Part shown: in pieces, positions 9,101-16,898 of the stretch
Layout: every line of letters starts with the position of its first letter
Numbering within the stretch: the stretch's first letter is position 1
Source of the DNA: Candidatus Peribacter riflensis
Lineage (GTDB): Bacteria; Patescibacteriota; Gracilibacteria; Peribacterales; Peribacteraceae
Assembly: GCA_001430755.1 (NCBI GenBank)
Contig: CP013062.1
Coordinates: 180,001 to 212,000 of the forward strand
DNA length: 32,000 nucleotides
Reading direction: 5' to 3'
The notes under the pieces: model-generated
What the model saw: only the letters and a program-made list of their open reading frames with translations
What the model was told of the DNA's origin: nothing
Databases searched by the model: none
Made by a program: the position numbers and the translations under genes

Positions 9101-9805
9101 GACAGAAGCCTTCTCGGCGGCGAAATTCACGTGCGCCTGATTCACGCCCTGAACTTTCTTGAGTGATCGTTCAATGAGCATGGCACAGGAGGAACAGTGC
9201 ATGCCGCTCAGTGAGAGAGACACCTTCTGCGTTCCGGAGGAAGCGGGGGCATCCATGGCGGTGTCGAGGGGAAGTGTCGCCTGCAGTGTACCAGCGGTCC
9301 CTGCGGGAATGGACCGTTTGTCACCGGCATGGTGGAGCGCGTCCAAGAGGGAGGAGAAATTGGCGGATTGCACGAGGTGCGTGAGAAAATTCTTCGCCGA
9401 CTCGTCTCCTCCGGGAATGCTCAGTTCCGCATGCTTCTTTTGCGAGATTTTGCCTTCGAAGAGCGGTTTTCCGTGTTCATCTTCGACGACTGTTCCCTCG
9501 GCTTCCACGGAGGACGTGAGTTGCATCTTCAGCGGCTTGCCTGCCGCCACTGTCTTGCGCTTGATCGTGATGTCTGCGGGGGCTTCCTGTTCTTCATGCA
9601 ACACCTTGGCGCTATAGCCTGCGCGGCCGATCGCCTCGAGAATGGCATCGAGTGTGAGGGGCGCATCGAAGGCGATGTGTGCAGCACCCGATGTGTCGAT
9701 GGTGACCTCGCGGATCCCTTTCAGATCGTCGAGTTCCCTGCGGATCAGCTTGATGCAGGAATCACAGTGGATACCTGCGATATGGAGAGCAACCGATTGA
9801 GACAT
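6188..9805 (-). CDS. copA: copper-translocating P1B-type ATPase with an unusual 260-aa C-terminal extension
   Basis: 1205 aa. Two HMA domains ('AGIHCDSC', 'SGMHCSSC'), '[13 protein letters not shown]' (CPC), 'DKTGTLT', 'SEHPLA' and 'GDGINDAP'. After the usual end ('[14 protein letters not shown]') there is an extra TM helix and a duplicated soluble module (nt 6191-6970). Confidence 0.95.
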   Translation of the reverse strand: MSQSVALHIAGIHCDSCIKLIRRELDDLKGIREVTIDTSGAAHIAFDAPLTLDAILEAIGRAGYSAKVLHEEQEAPADITIKRKTVAAGKPLKMQLTSSVEAEGTVVEDEHGKPLFEGKISQKKHAELSIPGGDESAKNFLTHLVQSANFSSLLDALHHAGDKRSIPAGTAGTLQATLPLDTAMDAPASSGTQKVSLSLSGMHCSSCAMLIERSLKKVQGVNQAHVNFAAEKASVLFDASKTNVDHLVRAVQKAGYTATLVDEKDRDFDRRKREAEIRHYRRGFLFSFVLSAPMLYFMLLDFLPWLPGAVVFPAYVGVVSLVLATPVQFIAGAGFYKGFWSSLRMWTFSMDSLIAIGTSAAYVYSVFNFIAFASAHNTVLGLQGAKIPELYFETSAFLITFVLLGKWLETKAKGRTSDAIRKLMGLRAKTARVVRNGKTVDIPVDDVAVGDIILVRPGETVPVDGTITKGHSSVDESLLTGESIPVEKNAGDKVIGATINKNGSFEFRAERVGEESTLAQIIRLIEEAQGSKAPIQGFADRTSAWFVPAVILIALLTFGLWYFVFGASLSFALMAFTSVLVIACPCALGLATPTALMVGTGKGAERGILIKGGEPLEAASRIQTIIFDKTGTLTHGKPEVTDVLTFGSMAEEDIVEIAASLERSSEHPLAEAITNHATEEGIETGDVEKFAAIPGHGIEGVIHGTKYYFGNRLLMTEIAGLPFSREDRKIRKLEEQGKTVMILATEKELLGAVAVADTVKATSREAVQTLKNMGLQIVMISGDNERTANAIAREIGITTVLAEVLPEDKANEVKKLQEGGKKVAMVGDGINDAPALAQADVGIAMGSGTDVAMETGGIVIIKDDLNDVVTALELARETMSKIRQNMFFALFYNVIGIPIAARAFYTTFGLLLQPELAGLAMAFSSISVVTNSLLIRFFKPRKRNFISFLAPFVLMIAFTALFLEFAAFSSSLMKSGPGTGIPAQTVQEVSALITPKTAVIAYEGSDPEFLIGTDTLPASLPAEEGTTATLSDRQLVLGSLEGAAMREEGEYSSIGDTVQEFLGMPTPTVIGILKPTGTALDLAHIVNRLSFEVIASGATLLGVNDEGDLKLFAFMTTPASIPPTFRSIITLLALEPRIIDGKRTTPIFVGSSEAQMMIENGLFTNAGDVIDGFFGNRVLIAGILPKTDTILDQLHFVPATLRIQK

Positions 9806-9819
9806 AGGAAGAGGGGGTA

Positions 9820-9844
9820 ATACCTATACCTAGGGTATAGGTAT
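9820..9844 (-). promoter_or_regulatory. candidate CsoR operator overlapping the copA promoter
   Basis: ATACCTATACC-TAG-GGTATAGGTAT has perfect 11-bp arms. It lies 15 nt upstream of the copA ATG and downstream of csoR. On the minus strand a TTGACG (-35-like, 9855-9860) sits 10 nt before the palindrome. The TACC...GGTA type matches my recollection of CsoR boxes. Confidence 0.6.
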
Positions 9845-9922
9845 CATCCTGTACCGTCAAGATCTGTTCCGCCACAAAAAACGGTATCAAAGAAGCGAAA
9901 TACATGATCTGTGCTCACTCGC

Positions 9923-10195
9923 TCACTTGTTCGCCATCCTCGTCACCGCCAGGATCTCATCGATCATCTTCTGCTTCTTTGCGGGGCTGCTCGTTTCGAT
10001 CGCACTCTTGAAACAGCTGTTCAGGTGCCCCTCCAACAGGAGAAGATGGGCTGATTTGAGTAGCCCGATGACCGCCAGGTTCTGTTGCAAAATATCGATG
10101 CAGTAGCGGTCTCCCTCCACCATCTCGATGATCTTTCTGAGGAGACTCTGGGCTTTCTTGTATCCGATGAGTGTTTTCTGCTTCTGTTCGGTCAT
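9923..10195 (-). CDS. csoR: CsoR/RcnR-family metal-sensing transcriptional repressor
   Basis: The ATG at 10195 inside ORF 9923..10321 gives 90 aa: 'MTEQKQKTLIGYKKAQSLLRKIIEMVEGDRYCIDILQQ...LLLLEGHLNSC'. This shows the DUF156 helical pattern with the C...H...C ligand arrangement. Confidence 0.85.
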   Translation of the reverse strand: MTEQKQKTLIGYKKAQSLLRKIIEMVEGDRYCIDILQQNLAVIGLLKSAHLLLLEGHLNSCFKSAIETSSPAKKQKMIDEILAVTRMANK

Positions 10196-10273
10196 GATGG
10201 GGAGAGGACGATGCAGAGACCGTACCATGACCTTGGGGGGAGGTAAAGGTGGAAAACAGTTCTTCTGCTTTCC

Positions 10274-10299
10274 GCCCTGCCGGATTTCTCCGGCAGGGC
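10274..10299 (-). other. GC-rich stem-loop between the copZ-like gene and csoR
   Basis: GCCCTGCCGGA (10274-10284), a 4-nt loop, then TCCGGCAGGGC (10289-10299). On the sense (minus) strand the loop reads GAAA (GNRA). No adjacent U-run, so it is not a classical terminator. Confidence 0.4.
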
Positions 10300-10325
10300 A
10301 GGAGGACAGAGCGGTGATCACAGGG

Positions 10326-10559
10326 CTACGACAGGGTCCGGACGTGGTAGGTTTCGTTGAGGTCTTCGACGGCTTTTGTCCATGCCGGAAGGTCGAAGTG
10401 ACGGTCGTGGTCGAGTGTGACCGTTTTCTTGTCTACGTTCACGTCGGTCTGCTGAATGGAAGGAAAGTCCTGGCTCACGTCTTTGATGAGGGCTGCACAG
10501 GATGCGCAGTGGATGCCGGGGATGGAAACAACAGTTTTTATGGGTGAGGGGGGAATCAG
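10326..10559 (-). CDS. copZ: CopZ-like HMA copper chaperone ORF lacking an ATG/GTG/TTG start
   Basis: My hand translation of the minus strand gives 'IKTVVSIPGIHCASCAALIKDVSQDFPSIQQTDVNVDKKTVTLDHDRHFDLPAWTKAVEDLNETYHVRTLS*' (stop TAG at 10326-10328). It is absent from the ORF track because the frame has no canonical start. Candidate starts are CTG at 10559 (overlapping the upstream TGA as CTGA), ATT at 10556 and ATA at 10541. Confidence 0.6.
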   Translation of the reverse strand: MIPPSPIKTVVSIPGIHCASCAALIKDVSQDFPSIQQTDVNVDKKTVTLDHDRHFDLPAWTKAVEDLNETYHVRTLS

Positions 10560-11959
10560 ATGACCGTAAAGGAGCCGCGGACCATGCCCATGGAACAGCT
10601 GAAGGGAATGCGGCCGGGGCTCTGCGGCGTGAATTCGAAGAGGTTGTCTCCGGCTGCCAGCACCTTCTGAATGCCGAGAGAGGGGATCACGAAGCCGCGC
10701 GTGCAGCCTCCTGCCTGTGTGCCGTCGACGTGAAAACGCACGGGAATGCCCGAGCGGATTACGATGTCACTCGGCTCGTAGCCGGAACCCGTGACGACCA
10801 TCGAGACCTCCTGCACGCCGTTCTGCACTGGTGCGGCGGGGGTCGGGACAGGCGCGTTCTGCGTGCCGAATGCGGAGGCGAATGTGCGGGGAACATCGAT
10901 ACCGACGAGGGCGAGACCGCTGTTCAAATTGTAGAGCGAGAGCACAAGGACCAGCGTTCCTGCGAAACGAAGGAACAGGCGTGAGGAGGATCCTCTGGCA
11001 TTTGCCGAAATGTAGCTGATGCCGAGCAGGGCGGGCAGCGTGCCGAGGGCGAAGATGAACATCGTCAGCGCACCCGAGAGAAAGCTTCCTGAGGCGAGTG
11101 CCACGAGTTGCAGCGACTGTGTGAATCCGCAGGGCAGGAAGAACGTGAGCGCTCCCAGGGCGAAGGGCGCTGCGGGATGGTCATTCTCCGAGAGGTTCGC
11201 GATCCAGTGGGCGAAGGCCTTGGGCGGCCGGATCGGAAAGCTCCCCTTCGGGATTACTTTTAAGATCGTGAGGGCGAGGTAGAGCATGATCAGGGCGATT
11301 GCCACGCTCATGTACCCGGTCATCTGCGCATTGAGCGTGATGGACTGGCCCAGCAGTCCCACGAGCCCGCCCAGGACAAAGTACGAGATGAGGCGGCCGG
11401 CATTGAACTGCAGCAGGGGCCGGAGGCGCTGCACGGGCGTTTCGCTGCCGTGCATCTCATTGTGCTTTGCGGCCATGGCAAGGAGCAGGCCGCCCGTGAC
11501 GGCAAGACAGCTGCTCATGCCGGCCACGAGGCCGATGACGAGCACGCCGCCGAATGTAAGGGCTCCTGCGGTCGACGGGGCGAGGGACACCAGGTCGTAC
11601 GCGCTCAGAATCTTGTAGAGGGCGAAGATGATGAGCAGTGCGCCGCCGATCTCCAGCCATTTCTGCTGGTCCGGTGCATCCGGCTCCTGTCGTAAGCGGC
11701 AGTCCTGCCGCGCAGTGACGATTTCCTCTTCTGTGACCACGCGGTACCCGGCATCGCGGATGACGGATTCCAGTTGTGCGAAAGAGGGGAGGTCATGTGC
11801 CGAAGCCGTAATCTCCGCCGTGCCCTTGCGGTGGTGCACTGCAACGTGGAGGACGCCGGACACTGCTTTGAGCTTGCGTTCGAGCAGGAGCTCGCAGCTG
11901 CCGCACGTCATCCCTCCGATGCGGAGGGTGAGTTGCCGTTTTTCAGTGGATGAAGACAT
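10556..11959 (-). CDS. HMA domain / DsbD_2 (TauE-SafE-like) membrane domain / C-terminal cupredoxin-like domain metal-handling protein
   Basis: The ATG at 11959 gives 'MSSSTEKRQLTLRIGGMTCGSCELL' (HMA). The polytopic core carries 'SSCLAVTGG' and 'FFLPCGFTQSL'. The C-terminal beta domain has His/Cys/Met ('RFHVDG', 'GGCTRGF', 'FSCSMGMVRG'). The 39-aa upstream ORF extension was rejected. Confidence 0.8.
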   Translation of the reverse strand: MSSSTEKRQLTLRIGGMTCGSCELLLERKLKAVSGVLHVAVHHRKGTAEITASAHDLPSFAQLESVIRDAGYRVVTEEEIVTARQDCRLRQEPDAPDQQKWLEIGGALLIIFALYKILSAYDLVSLAPSTAGALTFGGVLVIGLVAGMSSCLAVTGGLLLAMAAKHNEMHGSETPVQRLRPLLQFNAGRLISYFVLGGLVGLLGQSITLNAQMTGYMSVAIALIMLYLALTILKVIPKGSFPIRPPKAFAHWIANLSENDHPAAPFALGALTFFLPCGFTQSLQLVALASGSFLSGALTMFIFALGTLPALLGISYISANARGSSSRLFLRFAGTLVLVLSLYNLNSGLALVGIDVPRTFASAFGTQNAPVPTPAAPVQNGVQEVSMVVTGSGYEPSDIVIRSGIPVRFHVDGTQAGGCTRGFVIPSLGIQKVLAAGDNLFEFTPQSPGRIPFSCSMGMVRGSFTVI

Positions 11960-12017
11960 GGGGGAAGAGAGAAAGAAGGAAATGGAAGAGAGTGCGCGCT
12001 TGGCGTCTTCTTCCTTC

Positions 12018-12407
12018 CTACTGTCGCAGAACCACCATGGAGATTGAAGGGGGCGAGAGCGGTGGATGCTCCGCAATGGGAAGAATCAGATCATTTCCCG
12101 CAAAGCACGCGCTGCACGAGGCAGGGGGGGTTGCCGTGGGGGAGGAGGGGATTTCAAGGGGTGACAGGTCCGATGAGCGTTGCGTAGCCTGCGACAGACA
12201 GTGTCCGAGACAGGGCACATCACCGGTTGCCGGTGCGGGGGCCTCTTGGTCGTGCGGCGCACATCCGGCGTGGGATGCGGGCGCGGAGGCAAGGGCGACC
12301 GACATCATGATCTCGGGCAGCGTGTCTTGCGCCGAAGCCGTCTGCACACGGCAGCTCGTTCCGAGGACGATGTGAAAGCCGAAGGCGATGAGGAAGATCG
12401 TACGCAT
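12018..12407 (-). CDS. small secreted Cys/His/Pro-rich protein (possible metal binding)
   Basis: The ATG at 12407 gives the signal-like 'MRTIFLIAFGFHIVLGTSCRVQTASA'. The mature part contains 'SHAGCAPHD', 'PCLGHC' and 'SCSAC'. It is co-oriented with, and packed inside, the copper cluster. No homology recognised. Confidence 0.4.
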   Translation of the reverse strand: MRTIFLIAFGFHIVLGTSCRVQTASAQDTLPEIMMSVALASAPASHAGCAPHDQEAPAPATGDVPCLGHCLSQATQRSSDLSPLEIPSSPTATPPASCSACFAGNDLILPIAEHPPLSPPSISMVVLRQ

Positions 12408-12430
12408 GGGTGAACGATGCAATCGATGGA

Positions 12431-12607
12431 TCACGGCAGGGCTGCGCCACCTCCACACCCGCATCCTCCGCCACCCGTGTGGCAGGATCCCGCGGCTGGC
12501 CTTTGCGCCTCTGCGACCGACCTGTTCCCCGGCAGGGGGGCGCCCATGACGAGGTACAGCAGTGCGATGGCGGCCAGGCTCCAGAAGATCTGCTCTGACT
12601 TTTGCAT
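12431..12607 (-). CDS. 58-aa single-TM peptide with a Cys/Gly-rich C-terminus
   Basis: Below the track's 60-aa limit. My hand translation: 'MQKSEQIFWSLAAIALLYLVMGAPLPGNRSVAEAQRPAAGSCHTGGGGCGCGGGAALP*'. GGAGGT lies 11 nt upstream of the ATG. The stop is 23 nt before the next gene in the cluster. Confidence 0.4.
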   Translation of the reverse strand: MQKSEQIFWSLAAIALLYLVMGAPLPGNRSVAEAQRPAAGSCHTGGGGCGCGGGAALP

Positions 12608-12656
12608 GCCGACATCATACCTCCCCCCTAGGATCAGGGCAAGCGCTCTTCTTCGT

Positions 12657-13163
12657 TTATCGGGGCGGCGTGCGCATCATCTTCTGGGCGGTGTCTATCT
12701 GGATGTCGAAGCAGCGGGCACGGGCACGGCCGTGCTGGACATACATGCAATCCAAACGGCTCTCGCGGATGGCATTCACGTAGGGGAGGCGCTGCGTGTT
12801 CACATCCCTGGTCGGGGTGAACTCGCTGTAGACCTTGCGCGTCTGTTCCCAGTGCTCAGCGAACGCGTCGGCCCGTTCCTGCTGCAGCCGGTCGCGGCGG
12901 TGTTGGCCGCCCAGGTCCATCCAGTCGTAGACTGCGAACGCATTGATGGGGTTGCTCTTGCCCCACTCTGCCTCGGCGCGCTTGAGTTCGCGCACTTCGC
13001 AACGGATGCGCCGGTCGGCGCTCACTTTCTTACACGGCAGCAGGATGCGTTCTTTTTCGCGCTCAGAAAATTCCTTGCGCGGGAGCGGCGCAACCGCCCA
13101 TCCCGGTGTGGCAACCGAGAGCAGCAGGAACGAGAGCACGATGCGGGAAATCCAGGAAGTCAT
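12657..13163 (-). CDS. secreted hypothetical protein (signal peptide, 4 Cys)
   Basis: 168 aa. 'MTSWISRIVLSFLLLSVATPGWAVA' is signal-like. The rest has a mixed charged composition, unlike the Ala/Arg/Pro-rich antisense ORF 12417..13166. Confidence 0.6.
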   Translation of the reverse strand: MTSWISRIVLSFLLLSVATPGWAVAPLPRKEFSEREKERILLPCKKVSADRRIRCEVRELKRAEAEWGKSNPINAFAVYDWMDLGGQHRRDRLQQERADAFAEHWEQTRKVYSEFTPTRDVNTQRLPYVNAIRESRLDCMYVQHGRARARCFDIQIDTAQKMMRTPPR

Positions 13164-13236
13164 TGAAAGTGGGGGTCATCCTAGCAAGATTTCTGCTGCT
13201 GTGAAGGGGTTTTTCAGCAGGGGGGTCTCTCTGCAA

Positions 13237-13266
13237 AAAAGAGCCCCGCACCTGCGAAGCTCTTTT
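13237..13266 (-). terminator. weak terminator-like hairpin after the Zn-ribbon gene
   Basis: AAAAGAGC, a 14-nt loop, then GCTCTTTT. The minus-strand reading is followed by TTTTTT. The stem is short and AU-rich. Confidence 0.3.
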
Positions 13267-13286
13267 GAAGTCGAAAAGGAAGCTGA

Positions 13287-13559
13287 TTACGCTGCCTTCG
13301 AAGCTCGGAAGCACGCCGTGCAGAGCACGGGGCGGCCTCCTTCGGACTCTGGCTTCGGCTTGAAGGGCACCTGGCACTGAGCACCGCACTGGGCGCAGAC
13401 GGCGTCGAACTTTTGGTTCCGCTCGTCCTTACGCTTGTTGCGGCAATCCTTGCACCGCTGGGGGGCATTCAGATTGCGGGAGGCGTAGAACTCTTGTTCG
13501 CCCTCCGTGAACGTGAATGCGGCACCGCAGTCGCGGCAGGTGATCTGCTGATCTGCCAT
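13287..13559 (-). CDS. double zinc-ribbon protein (zf-trcl-like)
   Basis: 90 aa. 'CRDCGAAFTFTEGEQEFYASRNLNAPQRCKDCR' plus 'CAQCGAQCQVPFKPKPESEGGRPVLCTACF', giving two CxxC...CxxC ribbons. Confidence 0.8.
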   Translation of the reverse strand: MADQQITCRDCGAAFTFTEGEQEFYASRNLNAPQRCKDCRNKRKDERNQKFDAVCAQCGAQCQVPFKPKPESEGGRPVLCTACFRASKAA

Positions 13560-13723
13560 ACAGAGAATAGGAAAGAAGGAAGTAAATGACAGTTCCTTCG
13601 ATCAGGTTCTCGTTGACGAGGTCTGGAAGGACGCTGTTGCACCCATCGTACAAAGAGTTGGTACTCCTGTCAAATGGATGCTCGATCCTCCGCCCCTACC
13701 CTGTAGAATGACGCTATGCTGTT

Positions 13724-14815
13724 TTGTCCGTTCCCTTCCCCTCTCTGTTGATGCGTTTCCCCGATGATCTCGCTCCACTCATTCCCGGCTTCGAGCCATC
13801 GGGCATTCATGTCGTGGTGACCGATGCGGATGGCAGGATCGTATATGCCAACAAGGCAGCCGAACGCAATACGGGGTTTACGCTCAGCGAAATGATCGGG
13901 CACAAGCCCGGGGAGGTGTGGGGAGGACGGATGCCCGCCGCCTTCTACCAGGACATGTGGCGGACGATCCGGGATTTTCGGCAGCCGTACGTTGGATTCG
14001 TCGAGAACCATCGCAAGACCGGAGAACTGTATTGGCAGGAACTCCACGTCGTGCCCATCGTCGACCGGCAGCAGACGATCCGCTACTTCGTGGGTCTCGA
14101 GCAGGCGGCCGAGAGGCCGCACCTCCGCGAGGAGCTGATCCACGAAGCGGCAGCAACCACGCGTCCCGAGCCTCTCTTGCAGGTGCGCTGGCCGCTCGAA
14201 TGGCTGTTTGACTCCAGTGATCTTGCGCCGGAGCAACTGGATGAACTCAGGCAGCGCTACGAGGCCAACAAGGGCATTGATACCCTGACAGCCGATCTCA
14301 TGCTGCTCTCGACTGCCCATCAGGCCAGTCTGTCTGCACCCGAGAAGCTGGATCCGTTCACCGTTGTGGAAGAGGTCGTGCGCGAGGTGCAATCACGTTT
14401 CTCCGGGCGGGCGTATACGGTGAGGCGCGAGGGGGGTGCGTGTGCGGTACTCGCGAACCGGGGGTTACTGCACATCGTGCTCGGTGCCGTTGTCACCAAC
14501 GCTGCCGAGTACGCGGCGGCGCAGACGGGTCAGGTGCAGGTGACAGTCGGGCACAGCGGGGACCGGTGCGAGATCGTCTGCACCGACAATGGCATCGGCA
14601 TTTCGGCGGAGGATCGCCCGCGCGTGTTCCGCCAGTTCTTCCGCGGGGTGGCGGCCCGGTCGGTTGAGCCGCGAGGGTCGGGATTGGGGCTTCACATCGC
14701 CAAGCTCATCGCCGACGCGTTCCACTGGACCATCGTGATTGAATCGAAAAAAGGCGCGGGCACGACCTGCACCATCACGATTCCCTGTTTCGGGGGAGGC
14801 GTCACACAGCCCTGA
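13724..14815 (+). CDS. cytoplasmic PAS-domain sensor histidine kinase (orphan; start probably the ATG at 13751)
   Basis: PAS ('VVTDADGRIVYANKAAERNTGFTLSEMIGHKPGEVWGG...GELYWQELHVVPI'). HATPase_c ('NAAEYA', 'DNGIGISAEDRPRVFRQFFRG', 'GSGLGLHIAKLIAD'). The H-box is degenerate ('LIHEAAATTRPEPL'). No TM segment. No response regulator in the window. Confidence 0.8.
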   Translation: MSVPFPSLLMRFPDDLAPLIPGFEPSGIHVVVTDADGRIVYANKAAERNTGFTLSEMIGHKPGEVWGGRMPAAFYQDMWRTIRDFRQPYVGFVENHRKTGELYWQELHVVPIVDRQQTIRYFVGLEQAAERPHLREELIHEAAATTRPEPLLQVRWPLEWLFDSSDLAPEQLDELRQRYEANKGIDTLTADLMLLSTAHQASLSAPEKLDPFTVVEEVVREVQSRFSGRAYTVRREGGACAVLANRGLLHIVLGAVVTNAAEYAAAQTGQVQVTVGHSGDRCEIVCTDNGIGISAEDRPRVFRQFFRGVAARSVEPRGSGLGLHIAKLIADAFHWTIVIESKKGAGTTCTITIPCFGGGVTQP

Positions 14816-15788
14816 TGCCCGGCAGGTCGCACACCTTCGTCGCCGGATGCACCACGTGTTCGGGGGTCTGCCCGGCCTGCCACTGCCGGATCGATTCGAA
14901 GCAGTCGGTGTACATGCTTGCCACGCTCACGTCGGCGTAGAAGGCGATGTGGGGTGTGGTCACGACATTCGGGTGATCGATGAGCTCCTTGTTCTCCGCA
15001 AAGTTTTTCTCATGTTCCAGGACATCCAGGAGCGCGTAGCGGATCTTGCCACCTTTCAGGCCCTGGAGCAGCGCCTTCGAGTCGATGAGCGAGCCACGCG
15101 CGGTATTCACCAGAATCACGCCGCTCTTCATTTGCCTGATCGTCTTGTCATTGATCATGTGCTCCGCCTCGGGGATTGCGGGCAGGTGCAGCGTGATGAT
15201 GTCGCTCTGCTGCAAGAGCTGCTCCAATGAGACGTACTCCACGCCCAGCAGGTCCGCGAGCTCCAGTGTGCGGCACCGGTCGAAGGCGATGATGCGCATG
15301 CCGAATCCGTGTGCGGCTTGTGCAACCCTGCGGCCGATTTTGCCCGTGCCCACGATGCCGATGGTCTTGCCCCGGAGTGTCATCCCTTTGAGCCCGTGAT
15401 AGTCGAAGGTGCCCCCCTCCACGCGTTTCTCGCCTTCGGTGATGTGACGCATGGTCGAGAGAAGCAGGGCGAAGACGTGCTCGGCGATGACGTGCGAGCC
15501 GTAGTCCGGCACGTGGCAGACGACGATCCCGCGCTCTTTGCAGGCTGCAAGATCGATGTGGTCGTACCCCACCGACCGCGTGATGATCAGTTTGAGCTTG
15601 GGGAGCTTTGCCAATTCCGCTTTGGTGAGCTTCGAGTAGATGAAGATGCAGAGAACCTCGGCATCCGCACACTGCCCGGCAACACCCTTCACCGTGAAGG
15701 TTTCTTTGAGGATGAGTGCATCGGGGTAGATGCTCTTCACGAGCGCCGCATCTTCCGGGTCGACTTCCAGAAAGGTGATGGCTGCCAT
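14802..15788 (-). CDS. NAD-dependent D-isomer-specific 2-hydroxyacid dehydrogenase
   Basis: 328 aa. 'GKTIGIVGTGKIGRRVAQAAHGFGMRIIAFD' (GxGxxG Rossmann fold), 'LVNTARG' and 'TPHIAF' with the catalytic His. Confidence 0.9.
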   Translation of the reverse strand: MAAITFLEVDPEDAALVKSIYPDALILKETFTVKGVAGQCADAEVLCIFIYSKLTKAELAKLPKLKLIITRSVGYDHIDLAACKERGIVVCHVPDYGSHVIAEHVFALLLSTMRHITEGEKRVEGGTFDYHGLKGMTLRGKTIGIVGTGKIGRRVAQAAHGFGMRIIAFDRCRTLELADLLGVEYVSLEQLLQQSDIITLHLPAIPEAEHMINDKTIRQMKSGVILVNTARGSLIDSKALLQGLKGGKIRYALLDVLEHEKNFAENKELIDHPNVVTTPHIAFYADVSVASMYTDCFESIRQWQAGQTPEHVVHPATKVCDLPGIRAV

Positions 15789-15823
15789 ACGTCAGTCATT
15801 GTACGTTGTTTGCACGGGGGCGC

Positions 15824-16573
15824 CTAGATGGCGAGGCCGACGAAGTTTCGCAGCACCGCCCCCACGCCGTAGGCCACGGCTGCGCACAGCAGCCCCACGC
15901 TCACGATCTCGAGCGGACCCCTGAAGATGCGCTCGCGGGTGACGGCGCTTCGGGTGACGCCGAGCAGCAGGAGGGCGGCGGTCGTGGAGGCGAGAGCCGC
16001 TTCGAAGCGCAGGGCATCGGGGACGGGGAGGAGGTAAGGGATGAGGGGAATGGCACCAAAGAATGCAAAGGAGCAGAACGTCATGAGGCCCTTGAAGACC
16101 GGACGGTCCTGTTCGGAGCCTGTGATTCCGTGTTCTTCGTGCAGCATGACATCTACCCAGCGTTCCTTGTCGGCCGTGATGGTGGCGACGACATTCTCGA
16201 GCAGTTCGCCGGAAAATCCCTTTGCCCTGAAGGCATGGCGCACCTCCTCCCGTTCGATTTCGGGATCATCTTCGATTTCCTGAGCTTCTTCTTTACGGAC
16301 GCGGAGTGCCCGATCGTGTTCCGATCGCAGCGACAGAAAGACTCCGGCGCCCATCGAGATGCCGTCTGCCAGCAAATTGGCGAGGCCGAGGATGACGACG
16401 ACAACCGACGCGAGGTGCGCGCCGGCCGTGCCCGCTACGACCGCAAAGGTCGTTACGATGCCGTCATTGCCTCCGAGGACGATATCCTGAATGTACTCGC
16501 GCAAGCGCGAGCCGTGGATACCGGCTTCTTCATGCGCAGCCAGTGCCTGCTCAAGATCGGGATGCTGCGTCAT
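15824..16573 (-). CDS. VIT1/CCC1-family Fe/Mn transporter
   Basis: 249 aa. '[21 protein letters not shown]', a central acidic helical region ([16 protein letters not shown]) and C-terminal TM helices. Confidence 0.85.
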   Translation of the reverse strand: MTQHPDLEQALAAHEEAGIHGSRLREYIQDIVLGGNDGIVTTFAVVAGTAGAHLASVVVVILGLANLLADGISMGAGVFLSLRSEHDRALRVRKEEAQEIEDDPEIEREEVRHAFRAKGFSGELLENVVATITADKERWVDVMLHEEHGITGSEQDRPVFKGLMTFCSFAFFGAIPLIPYLLPVPDALRFEAALASTTAALLLLGVTRSAVTRERIFRGPLEIVSVGLLCAAVAYGVGAVLRNFVGLAI

Positions 16574-16585
16574 CGTCCGGAATGG

Positions 16586-16873
16586 CTAGCGGGCCGCAGA
16601 GGAGGCCGAGCCGGCATTCAGAGCTCCGTTGGCACCGGGGCAGCCAAACCAGCCTTTGTCATCTTGACTCATCATCCAGGCGGCACCGGATTTCAGGCTG
16701 CCCATGCGGCGCAGCGGCATACCGAAGGTTCCGCCGAGCAGAGCGCCGATGATACCAATGGCGAGGAACCACGAGATGGCGGATTTCAACTGCTGCTTCG
16801 TTGCGAAGCGCGCGGCCCAGATGACCATGAAGACGAAGCCCATGAGGAGGACAAGACCGAAAATGTGAGGCAT
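16586..16873 (-). CDS. small two-TM membrane protein, hypothetical
   Basis: 95 aa. Two hydrophobic helices. Packed between the synthase gene and the VIT1 gene on the same strand. Confidence 0.5.
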   Translation of the reverse strand: MPHIFGLVLLMGFVFMVIWAARFATKQQLKSAISWFLAIGIIGALLGGTFGMPLRRMGSLKSGAAWMMSQDDKGWFGCPGANGALNAGSASSAAR

Positions 16874-16898
16874 GGAAGAGAAGGGGAAGATTTGCTGG

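Noticed and set aside
7697-9166. 489-aa plus-strand ORF (and other plus-strand ORFs from 6119 to 9820) inside copA
   Set aside because: These are antisense shadows of an unambiguous P-type ATPase frame. No motifs, and the composition is skewed to Arg/Gly/Asp/His.
10196-10321. N-terminal extensions of several track ORFs (csoR to 10321, HMA protein to 12076, Tat protein to 6052, ftsE to 22215, yhhQ from 25027)
   Set aside because: The extensions are Arg/Pro/Ser-rich and lack family signal. The internal ATGs give N-termini that match the expected domain starts, one of them with a clear SD.
12611-12640. Possible second CsoR box 'ATACCTCCCCCCTAGGAT', and the 11-mer TACCTCCCCCC shared with 10236-10246
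   Set aside because: It is not a real palindrome, because the arms do not pair. An 11-mer shared once in 32 kb is expected by chance. On the sense strand the G-run more simply serves as the SD (GGAGGT) of the 58-aa ORF.
12417-13166. 249-aa plus-strand ORF opposite the 168-aa secreted protein
   Set aside because: It has Ala/Leu/Arg/Pro-rich shadow composition. The minus-strand frame has a signal peptide and a balanced composition, and fits the operon direction.
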